From Phoronis australis (Eukaryota; Animalia; Phoronida), in NCBI GenBank assembly GCA_002633005.1, contig NMRA01000057.1, positions 1-45,954 on the forward strand: a stretch of DNA of 45,954 bases, read 5' to 3'. A program made the position numbers and the translations under genes. This document shows positions 13,101 to 25,930 of the stretch, piece by piece. The stretch's first letter is position 1. Every line of letters begins with the position of its first letter. The notes beneath the pieces were generated by a model that was not told where the DNA came from, searched no databases, and saw only the letters and a program-made list of their open reading frames with translations.

Positions 13101-16100
13101 CAGTGCATAAAAAAGAATGCACTTATCTAAAACGTCAAAACTATTTCATAATGGCAGATATATAAATTCAAACCATTCGAAAGTATACATTGCAAAATCT
13201 CTAGTTATTTATGTAACGCTAAAGGTAGCAGAGTTAACAGCTTGCACAAGAGACCACCACTAACTCTAGCGAAATTGTTATTCAGAAAAACAATAAATGA
13301 GGGTAGAATGAAATAAATTAAAAGTAACAGAAACCTTTTTCATAATCTATAAACGAGAATTTATGTGTGCTGTGTACATTGAGTGATAAAATGTCTGAAA
13401 ATACCAGAACTTATTCACTGATTTGGGGTGGACTGCATGATATGATTCTACAACATATGTATACGTAAAATGCTGAGCAAAACGAAAATTGAAAATCTGA
13501 TTTTGCACAAAATTCAATACGTATATCTGATGTGCAGTACGTAAATACCAATTCTTTTGAAATCCTCTATTCAATATGCATAACAAATATTGACCACAAA
13601 ATTCTGCACATCTTCAAAATTGATCTACGTACATGTAAATGTTTTTCATTTTTCATTTTGAGAAAGAACGTTTTCAATTTCGTTGTGCATGTTCAAAGCT
13701 GACATAACGAAAATAGCTGAGATTTATGAGTTTCCTCTGTTGCTAACGTAATTGCATGTCCAAAATAACTAGGAAAGCCAACTAAAGAGAACTGTTGCAC
13801 ATGTAAACCTACAGTGTGTTTCTCCTTACTTGTATCTTTTCAGTTCTTATTTCCTCTGTCTTATTTGTGTGCGTCTTGTCATTCGCACGTGCGCGAAGTG
13901 AGGTGACCTGTTTCAGCAGTGACTCCACTTCCGGCAAAGGGAAAAGGATCTACACTATTGCACATGGCCACGACTGGAGAGCGTATTATTATATGTGAGT
14001 ACGACAAGTCGTAATCATTGTCAAGTGATGTTTTCAGACCGACAAATACATGTAAATCCTGTGAACATGTTATTTTTCGAAACCTACTACGATACTTACT
14101 GTCAAAATACTGTTACAATTTTAGACATTGCTTGAAATTTAACATCAAGTCCTAGGGAACGAAAATCCTATGTACTATTTCCTAGAGTTTACTTGGTAAT
14201 GGCCGTTTGTACGGTGATTTCAGTAATCGAAACAGTTTGCAGCATAACTTTTTGTTATTTACAGAAACAAAGACGGTATTATCGATGGGTTTCTGCTCGA
14301 CCTCATCAGAGAAGGTAAGGACACTAGTTCACTTCGTTAAAATTTCGACTATTTAGAAACGGCTATCGCCAATGCACGCGAGTTTCTCGTATGTATATTG
14401 CGAGGGAACTGTTTTTTCAGCCTTCTTATCGTGGGAGCAAAGTGATGAGAACCGCTTATGTCCTTTTGATATACTCATGTCTGAGATCTTGCAAAAATGC
14501 AAATGATACGATTTTTTCATGGACGTCAATGTCGCCGATATAAGATTGAATGTATCGTGCGCCATGATTGAAGACAGCATAATCACTAGTCGGAAGTATC
14601 GAACAGGTAGGGTCAAAATACTTCTGGACGCGCATTGTCGTATGCGAATTCTTGGTTACGATTATTTTTCGTGTCTGAGTAAGGGTTAAGCTCTGTAGAC
14701 GCAAATTTCTCGCGACTTAAGGTTTTGTTCTACTTGCTTGATTGCTCTGCGTGGTGATAATTCTATGCGAAATTCTTGTGGCTATGGAATGCACAAACGA
14801 TATAGATGGTCGCATAGAGATTGGTAAATTGGGGTATCCATTGTTCACTTTGTTTATCTTTGTTGTAATAAAGATAGCGAAAAGCATTTATCGGTAACCG
14901 GCTGTTGTGCACCTAAGTTACGGTATCCGTGCGACCTGTATTGTGAATGTTATATCCAACAAAGACACAACAAAGAAAAATAATAGTTTAGCGGCATGCC
15001 GTTCCCTTGTGCCAGACAAAGTGACAGGTACACCGGTGGCGATTTTTTCGTGTCCACGTCCGAATTTGCTTTTAATCATTTGAGAGACCAATCCGAATAC
15101 CGCTGTGCACTGGCAAATTGTTTTTTGTCTTCACCTCTGTACAATGTATCTTCGAAGCTTACCAAATGGTTTTCATGAAATTCCACAAATATGTTTTGCA
15201 TTAAAGGTTCGCCTGTGCTTTTTTATTTTTGGATGATTTTGATCAATTTTGCCTAAATTTGTTTCATTTTCGGGCCCGTGTTTTGCCGTCCTCCTCTTTA
15301 TTTGCCAAGCCGCTCGACGGATTACGCGACTGTTGTGGCGCCCCCTATTGGCGTTTTCGTTACTTATTGCAGCCTCTGTTGTATTTCCCTTTTTGCATGA
15401 TTTTTGTGAAATTTTGGCGTATCCTCATCAATGTGTCATTGGCTGACCATGACTTTTGGACAACCTAACTACCGCTGTTAACCTTAGTGGCAATTTTATT
15501 TTTTTGCATATGCCTCTACTTCCTCAGAGCTCCTTGTCGGCTTTGATTTAGCGAATAGGTTTATATGGGTTTCGACGCCACCTTTTGGCCATTTTTATTA
15601 ATCTTGTTTTCTTCGTCTGATATTGCATTTAATGAATTTGTCCAGTGAACATCTCTCTGAAACCAATTTTTCTACCTGTGTGGGATGTTGACATAATGCT
15701 ATTCTTAAATTCGCGACCCGTGTTCTTGAGATGTTTAAACACAGCCAATCTACAATACAATCTGTCCATGCTGCCTCCAGTGTTCTAGGAGTTATATTTT
15801 GTGTGTGTGTAATGTTCATCAAACTAGATATAATTCGATTCACAACAAAGTTTCCTTTATTGATAAACAACTACGTTATTTATTTGCATATTTTTCATTA
15901 TCATTGTTATTAGTGATATCATCATTTTTACCGTTGTTATTATGTCCTTCTATGCTCGAGTACATACAGTAGTGACTCGCGTGAATAATGCTAGACTGCA
16001 CTTGATGACTCTAGTACTCTGGTTAAAGTACACTGTATGAATCTAAACTAATTTTTCTTGATATTCGAGGTGTGCTTGAGGCTTTGATGGGATATAAGGG

Positions 16101-19100
16101 TCATCAAGTGCAGACATGGACTAAAAGCTCATATAAGTAAAAAATGTACTCGGTTACAGAGTGGTATGGAGTTCACTCAAAAGTAGAGCATAAAATGGCA
16201 ACAATATGATTTCGAGATCGGTTTTGAATACATAGATTAAATCCTGACCCTTTCCAGGGAATGCGACAGCTTCGAAGACGGCAAAAGTGAAGAAATTTGA
16301 CGTAGTAATTCATGAGAGTTTTACTCAAAATAATAAATATTTTTCCGCGAGATCACTGTTTAACTTTATTTTTGACAGACCAGAGTCCGGGGGTATTTGC
16401 CTTAATACAACATGGGTGTTCCCACGTTCACTGAAAATGTACGTTTTTAGACAAAGTGTGAAGATATGAAAAGGGTCATTTAAAATCATAACATTGTTGA
16501 AATGAAGATTTGGTGTACAGTTGGTTTACATACACAGGAACCACAAAACTCTCACAATATTAGAATCTGAATAAACCACTCGGTATCAATGATCTTTTCA
16601 CCTGCAAATCACTGCAGTTGCATTATTCCTCGTATGAACCTGAGTAAACTAGACGGGAACGTTCGTATCACCGCACACCGCGTTTAATATAGATGTTTTA
16701 TTTTTTCATTGACACTTGGGAATGGGGGTATGTTTTCGTTAAAATTCTTTGTTTCTGCCTAAAGTGTTTTAGGGAATGATATTAAAAACCTGTAGAACAC
16801 TGTGCGACACCCAATTTTGGGATTACGGGATTGGGTAACACCACAGCAGCGTAACAAGTTTTGTCCAGTCGGTTATTTTGAGAGCTGCCCTGTCAGTTTG
16901 TCAGTGCCTGACATTTATTTCTGAACAATAATTAAATCCGACTTGAGCGAAAATGCAAGTGTCTGATAATATGTACGTGCTCATAATTACTTGGCTAAAA
17001 TTTTATTTAGAAACTGTGTAGTGCTATCACAAGAACAACTTTCGGTCTTAATTTGCTCATGATCATACCCCTGGAGTGCACTTGACGACAGCTAACAGAA
17101 AAAGTATTAAATTTTATCTTTAGCTGGTCCCTTCCTTTTACATGTACTGTATCTGAGCAACAGAGACCTCATTCAATAGTAGTACATTCGCTCAGTAACA
17201 TCATTGCGAGGTGTAATATTATACTAATCGCTTTGTGTATTTGACGCAATGGGTTGTCATAACTGCACAACTGTTCATTTTCACATTACTCTAGTTTGTT
17301 CCGCTGTCGGCGTTGACTGTCGCACTGTCCGGGAACCATACCGAAATTGTATCAAGTCGTTGGCGGGCCAACACTCTCGCGCTGGACCAGGACTGATGGA
17401 CCATTGGTATGACGCGTGTGCAGGATGGTTGGTCTCTACTACAAGAATGTCGATTTTCTCGTTCTCCGAGAGCTTCGCGAAGGAAGCGCCCTCGAGCTTC
17501 TACGTGAAATTCAGTGACAACAGTTTTGACCCAGCAAAGTACAGCGAATTCAAAATTGGTAAGGCGACTTGAAACTGATGCTGGGCAAAATTTGTGCACA
17601 CAATTAAGAATGGTAATCGTTATCATCAATGTTCTGTGCGTTTTCCATTCAGTCTGATAACATAGGCGGATTTAGAGACGGGGGATATTCTCTAATTATT
17701 CAATTGAATAGAATTTTATGGCCGGCAAGCCAATTTTAAGGCCTACGACGGCGTTTTCCCCGAAGCCAGTGATAGGCTCCCTTATGACACCTAGATCTGC
17801 CAGTGGATACTATCATACTGATGTTTAGACGATTCATAAGAATACTATCAGAGGAAGTCCATTTATTTGTTTGCCACGTCAGCCATATTTCCGGACGCCA
17901 AAGAAATATGTCCGCCAAGAGACTATTTGGCGATTTTTTGTTTAACCAATTTCAATTCAATCCAAGAACGAGGCGCATGTCATGGATTTGAAAAAGCAAA
18001 GTGCCTTGAAGAAAGTTGGTGTTTAAACACCAGAGGTGGTGCACGTTGGTTTTTATATTTTTAGGACATAAAGGTGAATACACGAGAAGCCAATTTTCAC
18101 TCATACACATGCACTTACAAATGCTCCTCGGTTTCACTCAAATTTTTCCCAATGAGGTAGATGTACATGTACCATATTTCGCATAGAGGCGCAAATTCAC
18201 ATTCATGCGCATGGGCTCAAATAGTTGTCACAAAGCATTTTCACAAGTGAATGATCAACTTATTTTTTGCCAATTACTACTGTTTTAATTTCTGTAGTTA
18301 CAGAAGTATAACTAGACAATCGATTACTTTTGCACTCACGGGTTCACACCTAGCCACACCTGGGACATTAAGGCAAACGTTATTTGCGCGTATGCTGATT
18401 TCAGTGGCACTACGGCACTGGACATAGATTAGCATGTGACTGTAATTTACACATGCGGAGGAAACGTTCACATAAGAGTAGATATTAGAATACCTGAAGG
18501 ACAATGAGAGACTTTCAGGAAGTTAGGATGATTGATCAGGTGGGCCCAGTGACTCACATCGCCACCTAGTTGAACCAGACGTTATAAATAGTTTGCCTCC
18601 GCAACGGGTGGCATAGCGGGGAAACAGATTAATATCGTGAAAATACCCTTTTGCAGTGTATGTGATTAAACGTAAAGCATTTTAAACAAAAGTTATGAAA
18701 TGCCTTCTCTTCATCTAGAGGCCAAGTTGCTATTTGAACATCTCCCATCGGTCCCAGAACTTTTGTGGCTCGTCTTATCAAAGGTCACAAGCTCGGTCGG
18801 TATTGTATTCACATGCATGATTACAAACGCTAAGCATGATTATAAGAGGTAAACGTCGCCACTATTAATTTAAATAAGCTACGGTTTGGGGTTCATGATG
18901 GGTCCTTCTTTTGTACAACAGTCCCATTTTATTGCAGTTGTAAAGAAAAGTACTATTGTAATAAATAAGGGCACACGGATTTGTAAATTTTCTTTTAAAT
19001 CGGCTTTTTGTAACAAATCGGGCCCAGTATAGTGAGATCCGATTTGTTACAAAGCCGAACTTGGTATGCCTTCAAGAATACAGTACAATGTACGTCCGAC

Positions 19101-21309
19101 AGTAGCCAGCTCAGGATTCCTCGCAAGGAACCATCCGGTGTACACCCATTGCCAGTTCGAGTGTACTCCCAAGCAAACCGAAGGCCAGCTGGAGGGTACT
19201 CACAAGGCCAAAATCATGGGATACTTCCAGATCCCCGGCTCGAAGTTGTACTCCCAAGATCAGGTGGGCAATGTATTTTCACGTCTACTAAGTTGTCGTG
19301 CACATGTACGTCCATGGCTGCCGGATGGGTTGCTCGAGAACAGTGACCGAGGTAGTGGAAGCTGTTAGCGACTGTTGGGAATGGTGAAGCGAACGATGAT
19401 GAGGATTGCAGCCATTAAGGATCCACACGAGTACTGAACCTTGGATGTGTGAAACTAACTTTAATTCGAAAGTGATCTGTAATATAAAACTTTACAATAA
19501 CTTTCGTAAACCATTAAATGTGATAACAAATTAAATTACGACGGATTTTAGTTACGACGGAGCATTCTTTCTTTGATTAAGTGGACCACCAGGAACATCT
19601 CAGGTACGATCGTAGCCTAATATTTCTCTTCGCTGTCTGCGCATGTGCGAACTTCAGTGATAGGCATGTCATGTGACTCTCAAACTGGAAAATGATTAGC
19701 CGTATGACTGAAGTATATAAAGAAAACAGTCATCTCCGAGAGCAAATCCGAGGCCACATAAACATCCGATGATATCCGAATGGGCCTGTACGCATACTCA
19801 CTTGATCTGTATTCACAGGTTTTGTTGATGGTTGGGTTTACGACGAGAAGTGCCTCTATCGGCTGTACGGCCAGTTACTGCCACAGAATCGAGTTGTACA
19901 TTACACAACTTCATTGGACCTGCTAAATGACGTGACTGAGGGAAAGGTAAGACTTGAACAGAATATGAGTATTTTGTCACCGCAGCTGAATTACAGCGGG
20001 CGCTTGAAGCAACTACATTTGTCACTGTGTTCCTTGTCGTTGAATAAGTTAGTCATAGTATACAACTCTGGTAACTATGATAGATGTATAATCGACCTGT
20101 GGTATTGTTTTCGCTTAAAGCCTGTCTTGAACGGTAGCACGTGTAAAGCAGAGAATGTACGGGTACGAAATTGTTGATTTTATGACACTTCAGCCTCAGT
20201 TTTCTATTGCTAAATGTGACATCGTCTACAACTCAGGCGCCGATTCTTTGATAACTACAGTACCAAATATTGTTGTTATTTGACTATTTTCAGGATATGT
20301 TACAAGTTCAATAAACATTTGCTTTTGTTTTTACCTTTGTTATTTCTTTTCAAGTAATAAATCGTTACATTTAAAATTGTTTCTATGACTAAAGAAACTT
20401 GTAACCTAACCCACAAGTACATAGTCATATATATACGATGTGTTCCGTCTTCTGAACAGTCTGGGTGAAGGATTTACAAAATCTGCCGAAAATATGAAGG
20501 AAACTTAGGAATTCGATTGGTGTAGACATTGAAGTTGAGTGTCCACAAACAAATATCGAATTACTAGGGCATGACGGAAGTCATCTGTCGCTCTCTCTTC
20601 ATGACGCCAAACAGCTGATGCGAATACAGTACATTCAGCAAAAAGAGACCGCAGCTGATAATTACTTCCACCTTGCCAAGGTGTTCGGTTACTCAGCGAT
20701 TGAAAGTGGGGCAAGTTATCTTAGAATAACTTGGGGAAGCAAGTTCGAATAGTTTAAATAGCATCCAGGCAGCCCTCAAACCTAGCGACAACTTGTTGTA
20801 GGAGTAACTTTTTCTAGGGCATGTCAGTGTTTGGACGGCACTACAGCAATTACATGTATCGCCTACATGTATATTTTGTCACATTTCGTCCGTGTTTTCT
20901 CACGAGAAAATACCTGCAGTCTTCGTTGTCGTCTTTTTCATTCTACATGACGTTACGCGGGCATACCCCAATCTTTACAAACCATTTATTACGCCTTGAG
21001 TACGAACTGTTTACGAACAAAACTTTCCGAGCGCATTGCCAAATTCTACGAAAGAAAAGTAGTCTCTCTGTGTGTTTTATTGACTTACATGGCGATTTTC
21101 CCTTTCTTTTGCTCCAAAAATCGTACATAATGACGCACTATCGCACCATTGCGCTACGAATTATGGGTGCTTCGGTCCACATAGTTCACGGTGTTCGTAA
21201 ATAGTTCTTTTTCATCGTGGGATCAGCTGTTACCCATCAGTAAGCACGGGTACCAGCTCGTACTGTAAAAATACACACCCACAAGAACGTGTACACGCCA
21301 ACTAACACC

Positions 21310-21372
<63 letters not shown>

Positions 21373-21991
21373 ACACACACAGCCTTTTACACACTGGCGT
21401 CCGCACAAATGCACGCCCACACGCATATACACTGTACATGCGTATACTCATTGGCTTAACGTCTGAAAACGGCATGCTGCTGGTGTTCAATTATAATTGT
21501 GGTGTGCAGTTTCTCCTGTGATTGGCTCTTACTCATAAAGATTCGACCACTTACATCAACAGGTTGCAGCTGCCTACATGGGAGACGATATCTTTGGAAT
21601 ATACACGACTGGTTCTAACGCGAAGTTGAAGCGAGTAGGAAACCCTAAACATTGCTCAGTTAGAGGTTACGCTATGATGTCACGTAAAGACTCGGACTTT
21701 CCGGCGATATGGAACGATGGATTCCAAAAGATTGTGTCCAGTGGCGCCTTTAAAAAACTGTGTGATCAAGCAAAGACAATACATAACACAGGTGATTCCT
21801 TTAATCTAAATTGAAAATGTAAATTGGTTGTTCCTATGAAATTTGGCCTGAGTCTTGATATTGCATTTTTATGCCTATCGTATATCTGCTGTAACCAAAA
21901 CTGGCAATGCACTTGTAGACATTTTCAGCAAAAATAACTTTGGTCCTGTTCTATTATTTTAGATGTGAGGGGATCGATTGACTGCATTTGA
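10159..21991 (+). CDS. Spliced 7-exon gene (292 aa) for a secreted type-2 periplasmic-binding-fold protein, SBP_bac_3 / HisJ-ArgT-ArtJ-like amino-acid-binding protein. Exons: 10159-10186, 13844-13994, 14265-14314, 17295-17558, 19819-19946, 21563-21791, 21963-21991
   Basis: All six introns are GT-AG with compatible phases (1,2,1,1,0,1). The joined CDS is 879 nt with no internal stop. It starts with a signal-peptide-like MTREIKNNAVLISSVLFVCVLSFARA. Motifs DGIIDGFLLDLIREVCSAVGVDC, YDA...STTR...FSFS, DLLNDVTEGKVAAAY and GYAMMSRKDS...WNDGFQKIVSSGAFKKLC occur in SBP family 3 order. Confidence 0.88.
10674..11164. mobile_element. Non-autonomous TIR element (possibly PIF/Harbinger-like) in intron 1
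   Basis: 26-bp TIR tgggccgttggggggaaagtgtcgcc / ggcgacactttcccctcaacggccca (1 mismatch); many TTACG(A/G)(G)CGTAA subterminal palindromes. Confidence 0.85.
13844..13994 (+). CDS. SBP-like gene exon 2 (VLISSVLFVCVLSFARA...KRIYTIAHGHDWRAYYY)
   Basis: Polypyrimidine tract plus ttttcag acceptor; AT|gtgagt donor; hydrophobic h-region ending in A-x-A. Confidence 0.88.
14265..14314 (+). CDS. SBP-like gene exon 3 (INKDGIIDGFLLDLIRE)
   Basis: tttacag acceptor and G|gtaagg donor; matches the G-x-x-x-G-F-x-x-D-L motif of SBP family 3. Confidence 0.9.
17295..17558 (+). CDS. SBP-like gene exon 4 (VCSAVGVDC...YDACAGW...SEFKI)
   Basis: ctag acceptor and G|gtaagg donor; lies within ORF 17249..17572; C-x6-C pair as in HisJ/ArgT. 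Confidence 0.9.
17661..17804. mobile_element. Short MITE in intron 4
   Basis: cataggcggatttag ... ctagatctgccagtg imperfect TIR, same terminus family as 2834-3140. Confidence 0.55.
19819..19946 (+). CDS. SBP-like gene exon 5 (GFVDGWVYDEKCLYR...LLNDVTEGK)
   Basis: cacag acceptor and AAG|gtaaga donor; open in the required phase. Confidence 0.9.
21313..21381. repeat. (AC)n microsatellite in intron 5
   Basis: Visible dinucleotide run. Confidence 0.98.
21563..21791 (+). CDS. SBP-like gene exon 6 (VAAAYMG...GYAMMSRKDS...KKLCDQAKTIHNT)
   Basis: aacag acceptor and G|gtgatt donor; overlaps ORF 21578..21814; carries the C-terminal SBP motifs. Confidence 0.9.
21963..21991 (+). CDS. SBP-like gene exon 7 (DVRGSIDCI-stop)
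   Basis: ttttag acceptor, phase 1, TGA stop; the duplicate at 39815-39843 keeps RGxIDCI-stop. Confidence 0.8.
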
Positions 21992-22104
21992 GGAGACGTC
22001 TTCTTTCAGCCATCTAACATAAACAAGAGCACTAAACCAAGAAGGTGTGATATTTAGGTTACGTATTATTAGATTTCTTACTGCTTCATTTAAGTTTAAA
22101 GTGT

Positions 22105-22110
22105 AATAAA
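22105..22110 (+). promoter_or_regulatory. Candidate polyadenylation signal of the SBP-like gene
   Basis: AATAAA about 115 nt after the stop codon; a second AATAAA lies near 22275. Confidence 0.5.
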
Positions 22111-22329
22111 AAACTTCAACTCAAATCTTAATGAATGATATTTCTCTAACAGGATACACTTTTTCAAAAAACGACTACAGTTTAAGCTTTTTAAGTTGAA
22201 TATCGACCGATTTTCTGGTGGTACACCGACAAAATGTTCACAATATATTAAGTTATATTGAGCGTTGTTTAAGTAATAAAATTATTACCTTAGGATATAC
22301 CGTTTCACTCAGTAATGAGTGTTGAATGC

Positions 22330-25300
22330 TTAAATTAACTTTTGTGATTCTCACCAAAATAGAGCTGCAAAACAAGGCATGTTATTTTTAAATCAGTACA
22401 AACACTCCATCTTTGTCTCATGATTCTTTGAAGTTGGCCATTCAATTTCGTCGGAGATGAGTTCAATCTAACCTATCATGGACTGATATCAAATTGTACT
22501 GAAAACAGAACAGTTACATATAGATAATTTACGAAGTATCCTAAGGAGTGGCATCCATTTAGATTGATAACACCCGCTCATTGCTGTAAACTGGATAATT
22601 TTGGGTTGTGTGGTATAAACTCCATTTACATGTAGTTCCCTGTTAGATTCTGCTCTCTTATAATTTTGATTTTAACATTATTTATTTTAACATTTTATCG
22701 TGTATGAACGTTCTAAAATGCTTATAAATGTACGAAATATAAATGGAAGAGCATGGTTTTACTGACAAAGTTTTGTTTGCAAGCCACTACATTTAGGAAA
22801 TACACGACTGTTGAGTGACAATAATTGCAGAGAAAACTCGTTTTTTCAAACTCCACTTAGCAGATTTTCTCACAACTTCCGCGTGCTCCATATAACGAGC
22901 CCTTTTCATTGAACAAGTGTATCCTATATTTGAGATGAACTTAGTTTTCACTGTAGAAATCACCCACTGTTTCTTAATTTTTGTCCACCTTTGCCCATAT
23001 GCTTTTATGAAAATTCTTCGATGTGTGTCACGGTCATCCAAAAGAGATTGTGTTTGAGGTCGGAGCTCAGATGTTGTTTCCTGCATTGAGATTCAACGGT
23101 GGCGTATTTTGTAAATTTTATGCACTGAAGGAAACAAGTTTGGAGACTCCTGAAATAAAGAAAATGCGTGAGCTTCCAATAAAACTGAATTGTGACACTT
23201 GTATTTCGGAAACATTTGGTACACCACTACATATTGATTGCGAAGGCTTCAGTTGAAGAATGGTTATCAGGAAAATTACAACCACATTTGGTATCAAGAT
23301 AATATACTTTGAGCTGACATTTTTCATTTTATTCATCCACATATGATTGTTGAAGCCACAAGACACAAACTTAGCCCACGTTAAAATAATCCCGATGTTC
23401 GTTTACGAAATGGTGTATGACATTCCATCCTAAGGCAGCTACATGTATAAAATTCCGTTCCTTCAGAGAATGTAATGTTTGGACCTTAAACCACTTAGAG
23501 AGCTTAAAACCCCCATTTACATTGTTTTGACAATTGAATACATTGTCAAGTACATCATTAAGCCTTCCTTTATAGCTTTGAACGTTACAGCCGGTCCCAA
23601 AAACGAAAAAATAGGCGACTGAAAAGCGCCTAATTGATCTTCATGAACGTGAATGTAACGCATGAACTCACCCAGAGCCAGTGTGTTATGACCACCAAAA
23701 TGCGAGGTTCTTGTACACGTGTGTGCCATGTCAGCGCTTCTCTGATGTCCTACAGGAATGCGAAAAGACACCCAACGTGCTCAAATGCGGAGTTATCACA
23801 ACCGTCAAAAAGGTAGCTCCTCATTATACTTTTTAGACCACAAACCTCGGGAAAATGAACAGCAACACAATGGACGATGACTTATCCTAAAATTGGTTGT
23901 TCCAATTCTACGTAGTATATATATTAACCCACAAATATTCGTAATTCTAAGTCATCTAGTGTTTAGGGCAATAAAATCTAGCACAGCTTATTCCAACTCA
24001 AATGGGGGCTGGTTTCTGGGCGTGGAAGGAAATGATATTTCCTAATGTTTGAGACCATTTTCGGTGCTTCAAGTGACCCACGCCTTGACGATCCATTTCC
24101 AGAGACTGCTTTCATGCCAATTACGAGCCGTCAGCTCTTTCAAAGCCAGAATCTCTTTAAACTGACTCAGGAACAATTTGAGAGCATTTCATAATGGACC
24201 AAATCATTTTTTTGCGGAAATCTGGTTTGTGTGGATGCTGTAGAACAAGCTTCACGTTCCATGTCGAAGACATTTCTTTTAACTAGAAAGTGTTACACGT
24301 GCATTTGCATGGCAATCATATTTGACTTTACCTGGCTGAAATAAGCTGTTCGAATATCGTTACATTTCAAGCCAGTATATGTAGTGAAATAATGTAAAGT
24401 TCGTCAAAGTTTGCAATATAGGAACAGTGCGCCAAAATATCTGCAGACATTCACGTGAAGGTACAAGAGCGCCCCCTTACGAACTTTCTGAGATATTTAG
24501 TTAAGTAAGGTTGCAAGTCTTTGAGTAAAAATTACCCATGCTGTGTACAGACCAGGCCCTGATATCCTTGTTATGACATATACTGTCGCACTCGAATTAT
24601 ATTGTCTCCACATGGATGATAATTTATGCCGGCAACATTGACACACATTTTTGGGCAACAATATTTGTTAAGTGTGACAATGGCGTCAACATCGACACAT
24701 AGATGTATTCTGGCGACAAAATACTCACTGAACACCGACATATCCTGTAGCCTCTCGACTATGTTGAAATGTAGTCTGCTTATCAGGGTTTTGGAAATAC
24801 AGTCGTATCCAGAGTCAGAGGTAGGTCCAAAACTTTGAGAATGTCCAAACGGTAAACGGTACACCATGTAGCCCCTGATAGTTTACATGTACATGTAGTT
24901 TAGCATGATTGCTACAATTCTCTCCATCAGGCTAGATGTATGTGCGTGTTTCAGCTCCATGTGTTTTAAAAGGCAATAGTAGAGCTTTGGCCATGAAGTA
25001 AGAAGTTTCCACCTCTTCAAAAGCACATTTTATACCTGCAAATATTCCTTCAAATCGCGTAAGCCTTAAATCCTCAAGCAATCTCTTCTTGGGTGAAACA
25101 ATCCATGTCTTTTTGAATTAAGACTGATTTGGAGAAGAATTACAATTATTTCACTTATTTGCTTACTGTGAACTTTTTCAAAGCATAGCCACTAGTAAGC
25201 TTAGGTGATGTCACACGACTTAGGACTGAGGAAGAGGCTTGCAACTTTCTCATACGGGCAACCTTCAAGGGATGATCGGCAAAATTTTATGGATATGCTC

Positions 25301-25930
25301 AAATCAAGTTATGTGGAGTAAACTCTTTTCTGAGTCCTGATATGTGCTAATTGTAACTCATTCTGCGATATGCATGCTTCGATCACTCGGTGTTGTATTT
25401 TGAAATAAGTAATTTTTGAAAGTATTACCTGTACTGCATGACGTTGGACCCAAAACAGGTGCTGCAACGGCCTATTTGACCTGGGAAAAACTCTGTTAGA
25501 TGACAGATAACGACAGTCACTATAAACATGCCTGGTGCCAGCGTCGTTTGCGGAAACGTTACTTTTTCCAACAGGCACATTTGAGATACTAAAGACGTGC
25601 TTTACTCCCTCCAGTTTTCGGTACCCATCACCCGAACTCTGGATCTCCATTGCGCTGCGCTCACACAACTACTTGAGAATCCCTCGGACGGAGGAGTAAC
25701 TTAAGGTCGGGGGTATGAGTGTGTGATATACACAAATATTGTCGATTTAGTGGGGCAAAAAGGAGAAAAACTTGGGCAAAGACAGAAAAGTTGGGGAAGA
25801 AATCCCTCTCAAATTCGCAAAAATGACTTTTTGTAGTTCGTTTCCTTTCTCAAAATTGTGGGTTTTCTTAGTACTCTTATCAAAATGTGTTGTCACTTTT
25901 CTGAGTAAAACTGAAAAAGGTGTAAAAACC
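22330..25930 (-). pseudogene. Possible long decayed intronless coding region, product unknown
   Basis: Successive protein-like minus-strand fragments (ORFs 22793-23086, 23517-23771, 24571-24867, 25309-25668). The same frames stay largely readable in the duplicate at 40.45-41.69 kb. Confidence 0.35.

Noticed and set aside
21223-21490. Cys/Val-repeat ORFs
   Set aside because: They are translations of the (AC)n microsatellite.
17295-21791. Ionotropic glutamate receptor gene
   Set aside because: The two lobes are contiguous with no intervening M1-P-M3 segments, and the ORF stops right after the domain.
10159-21991. Bacterial contamination as the source of the SBP-like sequence
   Set aside because: The CDS is split by six spliceosomal introns containing animal-type transposons, and no operon partners (permease, ATPase) are present.
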